Source of the DNA: Paraspadella gotoi
Lineage: Eukaryota; Animalia; Chaetognatha
NCBI GenBank assembly: GCA_051294375.1
Contig: CM119268.1
Coordinates: 1,167,218-1,231,217, forward strand
Reading direction: 5' to 3'
Length of the DNA: 64,000 nucleotides
The notes under the pieces were generated by a model that saw only the letters and a program-made list of their open reading frames with translations, had not been told where the DNA came from and did not search any database. Position numbers and translations under genes: made by a program. Shown in pieces: positions 23,726 through 64,000 of the stretch. Each line of letters starts with the position of its first letter. Positions within the stretch are counted from its first letter, which is position 1.

Positions 23726-25068
23726 AAAGTCAGGGATTAATCCCTCCAGATTTCGTCTTCAAGAGAAACGGGCAAGTTGCTGCTACGTGATTTTTGGGAT
23801 GCGTAATTTATGAAAAGTTAAAAAAAGTGGAAGATAATAAGACTAACATGTTATGTCTTTCTTTCATTTAAAAGCTCGTTTATAAAAATCGGTCAATCAA
23901 CTTTTTCTTTTGGGTCATTTTCCGTGGCATTCCTGGTAATTAAAATTAAAAAGCAGAAGTTTTTACAAAATTCTTTCAAATCCAATTACTTCTTCGCATA
24001 ATAAATGCTTTTGTTGAAGTTGTACCAAATTTATTATTACAGTATCTAACTGTCAGTAATTTATCTGCTTCATGAAACGGAATTAAAAAAACTATTTTTT
24101 TCTGCAAGAAATTATATTTTGATTTATGTTAATCAACAACAAATACTTTAAGTACAAAAAAAAACGATGAATTTTACAACAACAAGACGTATTTTTCAGG
24201 TTTAATTACAGAATAAAAAAAAAATTGAAAAAATACTCCCAATGTCGGCGCAAGGACCCGCGAAGGTCAAGCAAGTAACAAATAGCAAACGTAGATAATA
24301 AACAGTACAACGGCATAAGCGGGTCAAAGCAATAGATAAATAGGCAATACAGAAGGACCGACGTGGGAGCGTGGAATGTGCAATGTAATTGTAATAAGTG
24401 TCACGACATAATTTATCAGCGAAGTGGCGTCGAGGTAAATTTGATAATCATTTAACTGGTAGTGGGGGCATCTGCTGCAGGAAGTTTCGAGCGCGAGCAT
24501 GGCACGAAAAAAAATGGGGTGGGGATTTAGATTGTAAAAAAAAAAACATTACAAAAAAAAAAAAACAAAAAAGAATTTAATACTACGCGGCAAAAGTGTG
24601 TGCGGCCGTGAATGCGTTTAAGGCACGACATTGGCAAGACGCAGCGCCTAATAATACTATAATAATATTAGTAAAAAAAAAAAAAAAAAAGATACGAATT
24701 GATTGGAGTATTTGAATCAGGAATTAATCAATTGTTGGATTGTTTTTTTTTAGTTCTCTATCGCTCGTTATCCTTTGTTCGCACGGGTTTTTTGTTTGTT
24801 TGTTCGTATATTAGCACGGGAACGGAAACTAATGGCGTTTACAAAGCTACCAGTCTCCCGAGGTTAAGATATAAAAAAAAAAAAAAGGCCTAAGGGAAAA
24901 AAAAAGGAAAAGCTACAAAGCTCAACATCGAGATCCAATATTTTTTTCTTTTCTATAGAAGAACAGGGTTTTTTTAGTTGTTCGCTAATTTCTACACAGA
25001 AATCAATGATGAGTTGGATTTTTTTTTAAATATTTTTTTTTTCTTTCTCTTCAGTCGTTGACGCGAAT

Positions 25069-27300
<2,232 letters not shown>

Positions 27301-29586
27301 NNNNNNNNNNNNNNNNNNNNNNNNNGGGCGTCGGGGACAATTCTCGAGGAATCCTAGATTGTGACCTCGGAGAAATGGCCTCTTTCCAGATCGGGCGGCA
27401 GCGCTGACGTTCGCAGATCTCCCAACGGGAAACGACAACGGCGCCGCCAATATTCCCTCGTCGGATACCCAGATTGGCTGACTAACATGTGTAATAATAT
27501 TATTTATATTCATTAATTATATATGTATACATTTTTGGGATAAATTTTGCAATTTACTAGTACTATATACGATATTTACTTATAAATTTTGGAATTTCGT
27601 TATGAAAAGTTTGATGAAAGAACTCCAACTCTTTTTTCAAAATTTCTTTATTGAGTTTGGTCAAAAAATCAGGGAAAAACTACTTATTTTTAGCAGAAAA
27701 TTAAATTTTAAACACATTAAATATAGTTTTAAAACTTTTTAAGAATTTTTACGAAAATAACTTATATTGTTTTTCTTATCAACTTTTTGCGAGGAATTCA
27801 AATCTGTTAAAAATTAAAAAAAGCTATTTGGACAATTTAGAATTTTATAAGGATTGAAATATTTAAAAAATTTTTAAAAAAATAATAATTTTTTTTTATT
27901 GAATTAATATTTCATTGGTATTTCGTTGTTCAAAATTGAATTTATGTATTTTTCATACGTTCATACGCTCTTACTGGAGTGAGGGGTGGGTGTTGAAGGG
28001 GGGTTGAAGGGGTTGGGTGTTGAGGAGTGAATGGATTGGTGGGTAGCTTAAATACATTTATAAAATTGCGTACTAATAGATATAAAAAACTATTCCATTC
28101 AATCAAAAAATAAGCTTTGACACATGGTTCGAACTGGGATTAATCTCGCGTCCCTTGACGGGATTAATGAGATACCAGGACCCGCCAACCTTTTCAATCA
28201 GGACTTCTCTCAGTCTTAGCAACTCCCAAAGTGCTCGACTTACATATTAATACATACATACGTTAAGAATTGAGTTCAAAATGAAATGAGATTGAAGACT
28301 CCACGATTTTTATTACCAATTTAAAGGGATTCAAAACAAACCAGGAAAAAAGGGAAAAAAAGGACCGGAAAGAATCAATCGAAGTTGCGAAAGAGACTCA
28401 TAAATAAAAAACAAAAAACGGTGATTCCAATGTGTTGGCGCACAGTGACTTTGTTTTCACGTATATTCCCTTTGATTCACATGATATGACAATTACCATA
28501 AATAGGAGAACGCACGCTTGCAGTCCCTTACATTTTAAGGTTTTTTCTGCATAACATGATCAACCAACTCTAGGCAAAATTTAAGCATTTTTAACCTAAG
28601 TGGGACAGGGACCGATGGACAGACAGACCGACCGACAGACCGACGAAAATGATTCGTTGCGAGCTAAAAATAAATAAAATGCCAGAAAACAAAAACAATA
28701 ATTAGAAACAAAAGCGCTTCCGCCTTCGCCTTCGCTTCCACTTTCGCTCCCTTCCGCTTCTTCCTTCGCTTCCGCCTTCGCCTCCGCCTCGCCTTCGCCT
28801 CCGCCCAGGACGATATCGAAACCGAGAATGGGGCAATTTTTTCCACCCCGGCGTCAACAAGCACCATGAGAGAGAAGAAAGGAGAGAGAGAGAGAGAGAG
28901 AAGAGGAGAAGACGAGAGACGAGAGAGAGAGAGAGAGAAGAGAGAGGAGAGAGAGAGTAATCTAAACTCTCCCTTTACCCTCCTCCTCTTCCCCCTTACC
29001 CCATAAAACACGTGCGACTCTCCTCCACCCTTTTCCTTTTTGCTTCGATGGCCCAAATCGCGAGATTAGGAAGTGAGAGATTTTGGGCTTCAAAGGCGAA
29101 AATCCACGATCGGAGGGAGGATTCGACGATGACGTCGACGACGACGATCAACGGGACGATGACGACGAGACGACACGTACAACGACGATACTTTGCCGAT
29201 TCAAATGGTTAAGAGAAATGGAACCAAAATGGGAAAACCGAAAAACAGTAGGGAGATTGAAATGAGAGAGAGAGAGAGATGGAGAGACGAGAGAGAGTGG
29301 AGAGGAGTAGAAAGAGAGAGAGGAGAGAGAGAGAGAGACGAGAGAGAGCAAGAGAGAGAGTTGGAATACAGTCAACGACGAACAAGGGAGAGGAGAGACA
29401 GAAGGAGACAAGATATTGTGGCTGTTCGCGGAGCGGTCGTTCCAAAACCATGACAAATATTTCGCAAAAATTAAATAAACAAACAAACAAACAATTCTCA
29501 ACCTTCATCGACATCGGAGAGAAAAATTTATAACATTCTTTATCATAAAACAAGCTTTCTCTCACGATCGAGGACAAGCAGTAAGC

Positions 29587-31336
29587 ATGACGAGCGAAAT
29601 CGAATCAGATCAGCGTCGTTGCTTCTCGTAACGTCGCCTCCATCTCTCATAACGGAGATTTTTCCGACGAACCTCAAATCCCAGTTTTCGACTGTCGAAA
29701 AAAAACGTAGGGACACAAAGTAGCCGTTTTTAGACTCACGCCACTGCGAGCTCTCACCATTTCCGCCTGAAAGAATCGTTCACGAAATTCTCGCTGCTCT
29801 CATCCCGACGAAAAAGAAAGAGAAGCGAAAGGATGCGACTTGGAAATACGGGTTCGGTGGCATCGCTGGGATCTTGGGCATCGCGATACCCAGAACTCGA
29901 CGGTGGCGGAGCAATACTCTTAACGAGAATCATTGCCGCAGACTTCATCGTTGGAGAGGAGATCGAAACTGGAGGATTTGCCGATGGAAATTTCGCGACG
30001 AGAAGGGAATCAAAGACGAATCAAGCTCCGAGGGAAAATGGGACAAAACGAACGTCGACCACGAATTGGAGGAAAGTCGATGCGGCTGCCGATTGCGGGG
30101 CGGACAAAACTTACCTTCGAAAATTTCGTTTTTCGACGCAAAGAAAGCGAAAGTGACGACGAAAACTCACCCTGTACGAGAAGAAGGTGAGGATCTCTCG
30201 TCGGCTTCGATCTACTCAAAGGAAGCAGATGCGAACAGGGCCAAGCAGGAATGCTTGTATCCCGGCGGCTTTGCTTGTGTGAGGATCCGGAATGCTCGCC
30301 GGTGGTGGGCGTTTCGAAGCGAAACGGTTGGCGGAGAGCGAGGACGGCTCGTGAGATCGATCGATGGGAAAGATAGAGACAGAGTCATGGAGGAATGCGT
30401 CGGAGAAGACGGCGAAAAGTGTGAGACTCTTTTTCGATCGAATTTTGACGGAGACGGTTCGGATCCTGTGTTCAACTTTGCGACGAGCCGCTGGAATCTC
30501 CCTTCGTTATCCAGGTTGACCGGAGAGAAGGTTGATATTTCCAATTGTGGCTTCGAAGTAGAAACGACCAAATCTCCCAATTTCTTTGTCAGAGAGAAAA
30601 AGGAATTCGAGCTGAGGAAAAAAGAGTTGGAGCATCTGAAATCGTTGCAAGGGAAAGGCGTTACCTTCTGGCGAAAAGAAATCCCGGCCAAAGGGATGAC
30701 TCTGTCTCAATCGTTGCGCAGAGAGACTTGTCAGACAGATTCGTGGAAGGTTAAAGATGTTGCGACGAAGGCACGTCGCTTTCACCGCCTTCGTTCACTT
30801 TAATCGATCACGGAACGATCGCACGCTCAGGGGAAACATCTTAGTGACGGCGAAATGCACGGCGACGTTAGCCAGTCGAAGGAAGACGGAAAAGTGCTAC
30901 TTTGACATTGCCGGGACATTCCACGGAGAAGACATGTTTAGGGACTCCATACATCATCATATAGTTAATTCTTCGTTTAGAGACGAAATGCGATGTACCG
31001 CCGAAGCATTTTCATCGAGGCGTCTATCGGATTAAAGAAGGTGAAGGATTTTGTCTCGTATCAAGAGTTTAATGACGACGATGACGACGACTACGACTAC
31101 GACGTTGAGTATTACACACAAAACTCCTATGACGCAAATAATTTACGTAATCTTGGGTCTGGATTAATTATCAATAATAACGGAAGCTTGGGTGGGGAAA
31201 AGCATTGAGTTGGGAAACAAGAATTGGATTTAATTTTTAGTTTTTGTTTGCCTCCTAACTTTCTCTGCTGGATTTTTTTTGCTTTGCGAGAGAGAGAGAG
31301 AGATCGAGGAAGAGTTGGAGGTGGGAACTCGAGTAG
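29587..31336 (+). pseudogene. Frameshift-riddled second copy of the glycoprotein ORF (likely assembly noise rather than a true pseudogene)
   Basis: Same sequence as 17258-18985 with many single-base indels. Confidence 0.7.
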
Positions 31337-32370
31337 AGTTTGTCATCCCATCATCTACAATACTTTCTTCGCGTCTTTCTTCGGAATAACGTCTTTTATT
31401 CTTTATAGTTTATCGAACATCCCGAAGGCGGCGCGAGCAGTCAATTAAATTTGAGGAAATTTTTCCCTTCTGAACCAACATGAGCAACCGAGTTTAGGGG
31501 ATGTATGAGCATTTATAATGTAAGGGGACTGACCGGACGGACCGACGGATCGACCGAAAAGTGACTTATATAGAGTTGCGCCGCGAGTACTCGCGGCGTA
31601 ACTCAAAAGTTGAAAAATATTGGGAATCGATAATCTAGGATGAATAAATTGTACTGTGATATAGTCGCGTTGATTGCTCACTGGGTCCCTCTATGTTAGT
31701 ATCTTGAAAGGCATAAAACTACAGTCTCTTCAAAATGTTATATTGGTTTAAACCAATTTTGTACATAATAAAAACCTGGGGACAATGTCAAGGATCAGAC
31801 TCATAAAAATATTTTTAAAGATTAAAACTAAACAAATATAAATATGATCGAAATAATATACGTAAATGTATGAAAAAACAGGAGGCTACAAAACAGGAGC
31901 TACAAAAAGTAGGCTACAAAACAAGAGGGCTACAAAACAAATATACAATTGAGACACGTAACTATAATACATTGTTCTTTTCTCGCTAATCGGGACTAAA
32001 CTAGACGTAGGCGTAACATTGTAGCGTAGCATCGTAGCGTAGCATCTCCTTCATGTCGAGAAGATTAACCGATTTTTGAGAAATAAACTATTTGATATTT
32101 ATATATAAGTTTTGATGAATTCTTTCGAAAGCAAAAATTATATTAGTGTACGTATCTAGCTCGTGTGAGCTGAACTTTTCAGAAATTCCACGAGAAACAA
32201 CTTTCTTTATACAAATTTCTTTATAAAACTAAAAATATTATATATATATATATGTTTATTGAAAAAAAAAATTGAACAACTAACGTCCTCCAGCCTCGAT
32301 TCGAAGTCCCATCGCAAATCATCTTCATTTGACATTCCCCCACAACAACCCCACCCTCTCCCAAGCGCAC

Positions 32371-32706
32371 CTTCAACGGCAAATTGGTGGAGATCCTCTC
32401 CAGAACCTTTACGCGATGTTTGGGCGGGAGTTCGTCGAGCAGAGGGTTGATTGAACTCGAAGTTGTCCACGATGTGATTGACGACGACGTCGACGAGGAG
32501 CGGGACCGTGGCCAGACTCCACTCAGGATCCTCGGCGATGATCCGTCTCATGTTGCGAGGATCCTCGGCCGGTTCCAGCGTCGTCGACGCTGCGGCGCCC
32601 GCGCCAGTCTCGCCGGCGCCGCCCGACGCCACCGAGGCGCGCCGTTGGTAGCGACGTCCCCCGAGCGGCGGGAGGCTGGGCGAGAGGCGCGGGAAGCGAC
32701 GGAGGC
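32371..32706 (-). other. TCTE1: Duplicate copy of TCTE1 exon 2
   Basis: ORF 32207-32632 repeats MRRIIAEDPEWSLATVPLL. Confidence 0.8.
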
Positions 32707-34361
32707 TTGGAAATGAAAAGCGGGCGTTTTAAGTTACCTTTTACTCACCATCTTTTTACTCTCATTTATCACATCTTTACTCACCTTCTTTACTCTCATT
32801 TTATCAACATCATTTTACTCACCTCTTTTACTCTCTCACTCATCGCATCATTTTACTGACATCTTTACTCTCATTTATCACATCATTTTACTCACCTCTT
32901 TACTCTCACTCATCGCATCATTTTACTCACCTCTTTACTCTCACTCATCGCATCATTTTAATCACCTCTTTACTCTCACTCATTAACATCATTTTTACTC
33001 ATTTTACTCATTTTCTCACCCTCGCACTAGTCCCTTGTCCTTCGTTCGCCTCCACCGCCGTTGTCCTCTTCCTCGCACGCCCGTCGGAGCTGCCGGGAGG
33101 TGCCGACGCGGCCTGCTGACCCCTTAACACTCCTCGGTGCCGCTTTAGGACGCATCATCCATAATTTAAAATGCCGTTATCGCTCCGATGAGAGCTCTTA
33201 TTTGCGTGTCCGCCATAGATCGTCTCTTGGTACACAAAGCTCCTTGTACATTCCTCGTAACTTGATCCTCTTTATAATTTTTCTCATTATACTTTCTATC
33301 ATTCGCTGTCACTAGTGTAAGTTTCTCTTGACCACTGAGCATCTCACTCGATCGAGTTCTGGAAGCAACTCTGTATTTTCAGTTACTTCATAATGTACGC
33401 TGCTCTCCTGATTGTAGCTTCTGAACTTCGTTAATGTATCCTTTGTTACCGATGCTCGCCGCTGAAAATTTGCCCGCTAGGACACCGGGAAATAAACGAA
33501 TTATCGTCTAGTTTCGCCCTCATTTCTTAAGACGTCCAGAACGTTAATGTTGTTTTTTCAAGTTAAGCTATATAATAGGTGATCTGGCAAACAAACCAAG
33601 ACGTCTATCTGATATGCCCAATTTCTAGTAGAGCCTCTGCAAGTCATCATCCTTTTCTATTGTTTTTATTAAAGTACATTTTTAAACTATTCAAGAATTA
33701 GTTATTTATACCCGAAATCCTATCTGAAGATTAAATTCAGGTTTCTTATATAATCATTTTATTAGGACGTCGTGCTTACTCAGCATTCGCTTTCTGGTTT
33801 AAGTTTTAGCTTCCTCGAAAAGAAGATTTGCAAATCGCGCGAAAAGCAGAGCGAATAATGATTCAACAAAAATTAAGCGTTGTCTCTCAATGTGATAATA
33901 ATTATTGTACGTATTAAGCTACAATAGTTTATGTATACTATATTTTGAAAGTCGACCAGTATAATTTACAAGGCGTCGAATGTTAAATTAAAAAGTACAA
34001 GTTAAAACGATCATATAAGTTGGCATCCGTTAGAGCGGTGCTATAAGCAATAGGCGAGTTCGATCCCTCCTGGCTTTAAGTTTGTGTTTAGCAATGTAAA
34101 TAGTTAGTAGAAGTGAAATATCAAGTATACTCAGAAACATATATTCAGAATTATATAACTCTAACATTCTAACGATTTAAATATCTAAAGTTTGAACGAA
34201 CAACGTTGTACTAATATATAAAAAAAATTATTATAAATTTTTTGCAATTTAACGCAGTAGGCTATTTAACCCATTAACCCTATAAATGTTTAAATTTCCA
34301 AAATAGTTTGAAAGATTTTTTTGCAGATTTGAATTCGTCATGAAAAGTTGTAATAACTAGT

Positions 34362-34392
<31 letters not shown>

Positions 34393-34396
<4 letters not shown>

Positions 34397-36040
34397 ATGA
34401 TAAATGATAAATGATACAACAACGGACCTGAGCACGCGATTAAGCGGCTTAATAGGGTCTTTCATTAAAGACAAAAAAAAAATTTAAATTGTACGTATTG
34501 GTAATGTTCCTTTAAAACATTTGAACTTTTTGACCCCGAACCCGACAGACACAATGAAAAGTTACGTGAACGGTCAGAAAACGTAAAATGTAAAAACCAA
34601 AACAAAACAAAAAGTAATATGTAGAATTAGACATTAATGATACCAATCAGGTAACTGCTATGTCTAAGTGTGTTCTGGATATTTATTTTGACACTTCGGC
34701 AAAATTGTTTGGTCTGAAGAGTGACTTGACTGAACTTAATCCAAAGTTTCCTGACATTTTTGCATTGGGGATTTGTGTGTGGAAATATCTCCGGAATGAA
34801 GATATTCAATGATGTCATCAAGAGAATGTTGTCCGTCACCATGCTCACGATTGTTTTGCAGGCTTTTTTTGTTAACTTGGTGGTTAAATTTTCGACATTT
34901 GCTGCATTATAAACAACTTTTGCCGACGTATGTATTGGAAGTTTAAAAAAGGTTTTCATTGCTCGCAAATGCAGTTTTTCTATTTTCTCCCATTGGCTTT
35001 GCTCGAGTTTATCCAAGTTGGACTAGAGTATTCAAAGATTGAAATGACCAGACTAGAGCTGAGAACAGTTTTTATAATTGTCATTAACTTTCTTGCTATT
35101 TTATTGATTGCAAAGATTTGCCCTTTGCTTTGTCTAATAAAGAATCAATGAATCTCGTCCATTAAAGTTTTTCATCTAAGACAATACCAAGCAATTTGAA
35201 TTCTTTATTTCTCACGACATCATCATCTCCGATTTTAAGATTCAAAGACTCAGCAGAATGTCGAGGGCATCGACTAAAGACCGTCATTACCGATTTTCCC
35301 TTTGACAGGGTTAGTTTTCATTTTTACCATTTTACAATATCATTTAAAACCTTTTGTAGTTTATCTTTCGCCTCTGACAGTGTGTTTCCCGATGACCATA
35401 TTGAGGTATCATCGGCATATTTTTGCACCATGAACTTCGTTTTCATTCCATGCAGGGAAGTCCTCAACATATAGAGTGAACAGGTCAGGACTTATGATGC
35501 CACCTTGGGAGCACCTTTTTCAAGTTTAACTGGTTTTGAAGACAACTTTCCCTCTATGACAATCATGAACCGTCATTTAGATATGAATTAAGGATTCGTA
35601 AAAGTTCCTCTGGATATCCAAGACGATGAATTTTGTATAACAGACCATCACTCAGCAGACAGAGTTGAAGGCAACTGAAAAGTCTAGAGCCACTGCAATG
35701 GTGCACTGCCTTTTTCGGATCCTTTGTGGATATCTTCTACTAGTCTAAGAACATTTTCTTGAGCAAATCTGTTTTTTCTATAAGCAGACTGTAGATGACT
35801 CATTGTCCCCAGCCTTTTAGTTTGTATAGTGAGGTAGCTTTTAACCATTCTTTCTAGAATTTTTCCTACCACCGAGATTAAGCTTATTGGTCTGTAGCTT
35901 TTTGGTCATTGGACTTTGCCTGATTTGATATAACATTCTCAACAGTGTCTTCCAGGCTTTTGGAAAGTACCAGTCAGTAAGCAATCTTTCATAATGTCTA
36001 ATAATAGATAATAGCTATTGGTAGTATGTCTTTAACTATA
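34393..36040 (-). mobile_element. Duplicate copy of the LINE at 21983-23647
   Basis: Same RT fragments and flanks, with additional indels. Confidence 0.85.
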
Positions 36041-36060
36041 TAGAGATGAGAGGAGAGAGG

Positions 36061-36112
<52 letters not shown>

Positions 36113-37439
36113 TCAGGGAGTTTTCAGATTCGTCTTCAAGAGAAACGGGCAAGTTGCTGCTACGTGATTTTTGGGATGCGTAATTTATGAAAAGTTAAAA
36201 AAAATGGAAGATAATAAGACTAACATGTTATGTCTTTCTTTCATTTAAAAGCTCGTTTATAAAAATCGGTCAATCAACTTTTTCTTTTGGGTCATTTTCC
36301 GTGGCATTCCTGGTAATTAAAATTAAAAAGCAGAAGTTTTTACAAAATTCTTTCAAATCCAATTACTTCTTCGCATAATAAATGCTTTGTTGAAGTTGTA
36401 CCAAATTTATTATTACAGTATCTAACTGTCAGTAATTTATCTGCTTCATGAAACGAATTAAAAAAACTTTTTTTTCTGCAAGAAATTATATTTTGATTTA
36501 TGTTAATCAACAACAAATACTTTAAGTACAAAAAAAAACGATGAATTTTACAACAACAAGACGTATTTTTCAGGTTTAATTACAGAAAAAAAAAAATTGA
36601 AAAAAAACATCTCCAATGTCGGCGCAAGGACCCGCGAAGGTCAAGCAAGTAACAAATAGCAAACGTAGATAATAAACAGTACAACGGCATAAGCGGGTCA
36701 AAGCAATAGATAATAGGCAATACAGAAGGACCGACGTGGGAGCGTGGAAGTGTGCAATGTAATTGTAATAAGTGTCACGACATAATTTATCAGCGAAGTG
36801 GCGTCGAGGTAAATTTTGATAATCATTTAACTGGTAGTGGGGGCATCTGCTGCAGGAAGTTTCGAGCGCGAGCATGGCACGAAAAAAAAAGGGTGGGGAT
36901 TTAGATTGTAAAAAAAAAAAATTACAAAAAAAAAAACAAAAAAGAATTTAATACTACGCGGCAAAAGTGTGTGCGGCCGTGAATGCGTTTAAGGCACGAC
37001 ATTGGCAAGACGCAGCGCCTAATAATACTATAATAATATTAGTAAAAAAAAAAAAAAAAAAGATACGAATGATTGGAGTATTTGAATCAGGAATTAATCA
37101 ATTGTTGGATTGTTTTTTTTTAGTTCTCTATCGCTCGTTATCCTTTGTTCGCACGGGTTTTTTGTTTGTTTGTTCGTATATTAGCACGGGAACGGAAACT
37201 AATGGCGTTTACAAAGCTACCAGTCTCCCGAGGTTAAGATATAAAAAAAAAAAAAAGGCCTAAGGGAAAAAAAAAAAGGAAAAGCTACAAAGCTCAACAT
37301 CGAGATCCAATATTTTTTTCTTTTCTATAGAAGAACAGGGTTTTTTTAGTTGTTCGCTAATTTCTACACAGAAATCAATGATGAGTTGGATTTTTTTTAA
37401 ATATTTTTTTTTTCTTTCTCTTCAGTCGTTGACGCGAAT

Positions 37440-62873
<25,434 letters not shown>

Positions 62874-63048
62874 CGTTCTCCCTTTTCTGTTGGAGCCGTT
62901 ACCACTGGTCCAGCCAAACATGTGACGCGATGAGAAGAAAAAATAAAAATCCAGAAAAAAAATATGTTAATTGTTTTTTTTTGTCGGAGAAAAAAACGCT
63001 GTTCTTCTGTTGAGGAGGAGCTTAGGGCGACGAGGGAAATGAGCTCGC

Positions 63049-63056
63049 CTTTTATA
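63049..63056 (-). promoter_or_regulatory. TATA box of the apolipophorin-like gene
   Basis: Minus-strand CCCCTATAAAAGGCG, ~180 bp upstream of the signal-peptide ATG at 62873. Confidence 0.7.
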
Positions 63057-63074
63057 GGGGAAGACGTGAAAAGG

Positions 63075-63118
<44 letters not shown>

Positions 63119-63741
63119 AGAGTCGAGAGATCGAATTCGTTTGTCGAAGCGAAAAAAAAACTAATAATCAGCGATATATTCTTATTTTTCTTCTTCTTCT
63201 TCTTCTTTCTTATTCTAATTCATATCCTTCTTTCTTCTTCTTCTCCTCCTCTTCGTAAAGAATTAAGAGAATAGAAACACGGTTTAATTGTTAAATATTT
63301 TACCTAATCCATAACTAATTTTTGTTTGGCAAATCCATAACCTAATTTTTAACCTGATCCTTAACTCTAACATTTAATTAATCTTTAAAAAAAATTTAAA
63401 AAACAAATTTAAAATAAATTAGCTAAATTTGTTAAAAATTAGGCCCACGTGCTACCCACTTCTCGCGACCGCTGGCGTTTGCTGGGGAGTGGCTTTAAAA
63501 AAAAGAAATTGCGTCTACATGATTTTTTGCGCCGAATGAGTTCAAAAGTCAAGAAGAGGTTTTTTTTTCGCGGTGGCCTAGTCATCTTAGGCGATTTACT
63601 TAAAATTACATTAAGATTACAAATTCTTTCTCANNNNNNNNNNNNNNNNNNNNNNNNNACCGATCGTGGGTAGCTGTACGAAGACCATTCGGAGTTGCAA
63701 AAAAAAAAAAATTACCAATGGTTATTTATGGAGGCTTTAAT

Positions 63742-63781
<40 letters not shown>

Positions 63782-64000
63782 CTTCTCATCTCTCTTCTCT
63801 CTCTTCTCTCTCTCTCTCTCTCACACATTCTGACATATTCATACGCGCCGCTCCCTCAGCAAAAATATTTCCTATTCGCACTGAAAAAAATTTGGTCAAA
63901 GATTTTTTTTTTCTCTCCAGAGTCACGAGAATCAAAAATAATATAGGACGAAATATTTATTAAATTCGACAAGAAAAAATCCAAGATAAAGAATAAGTAA

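Noticed and set aside
29587-31336. Second glycoprotein copy as a genuine paralogue or pseudogene
   Set aside because: Its differences are almost all single-base indels typical of raw long reads, and it lies in the gap-fill duplicate
33120-33620. ~500-bp sequence present only in the second duplicate copy
   Set aside because: Lies in the noisiest part of the copy, where even the tRNA is garbled, and has no ORF or termini; likely a low-quality read segment

Overview
Eukaryotic (invertebrate animal) genomic DNA with AT-rich introns, abundant (AG)n microsatellites and GC-rich small exons. It holds three spliced host genes: the 3' half of an EF-hand neuronal calcium sensor (+, 1245-4452), TCTE1/DRC5 (-, 8604-21077) and a ~4,200-aa apolipophorin-type large lipid transfer protein (-, 37440-62873) with a ~9-kb exon. 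It also holds a tRNA-Ile(AAT), a 5'-truncated LINE sitting in an (AG)n tract, Helentron-like short elements and several minisatellites. The most notable feature is an intact, intronless 575-aa ORF (17258-18985, +) nested antisense in TCTE1 intron 2. Its cysteine/motif pattern matches chuvirus-type (Monjiviricetes, class III, gB-like) envelope glycoproteins, and no other viral or retroelement genes are nearby, so it is a candidate domesticated viral fusogen/envelope gene. Other observations are a hairpin-embedded minimal hammerhead-like motif (2013-2210) and repeated amplification of 5' splice-site junctions in three genes. The 12.2-kb tandem duplication (15087-27300 vs 27326-39567) and the 1-1180 block look like noisy long-read gap-fill artefacts next to 25-N gaps. 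All family assignments were made by eye; no searches were run.
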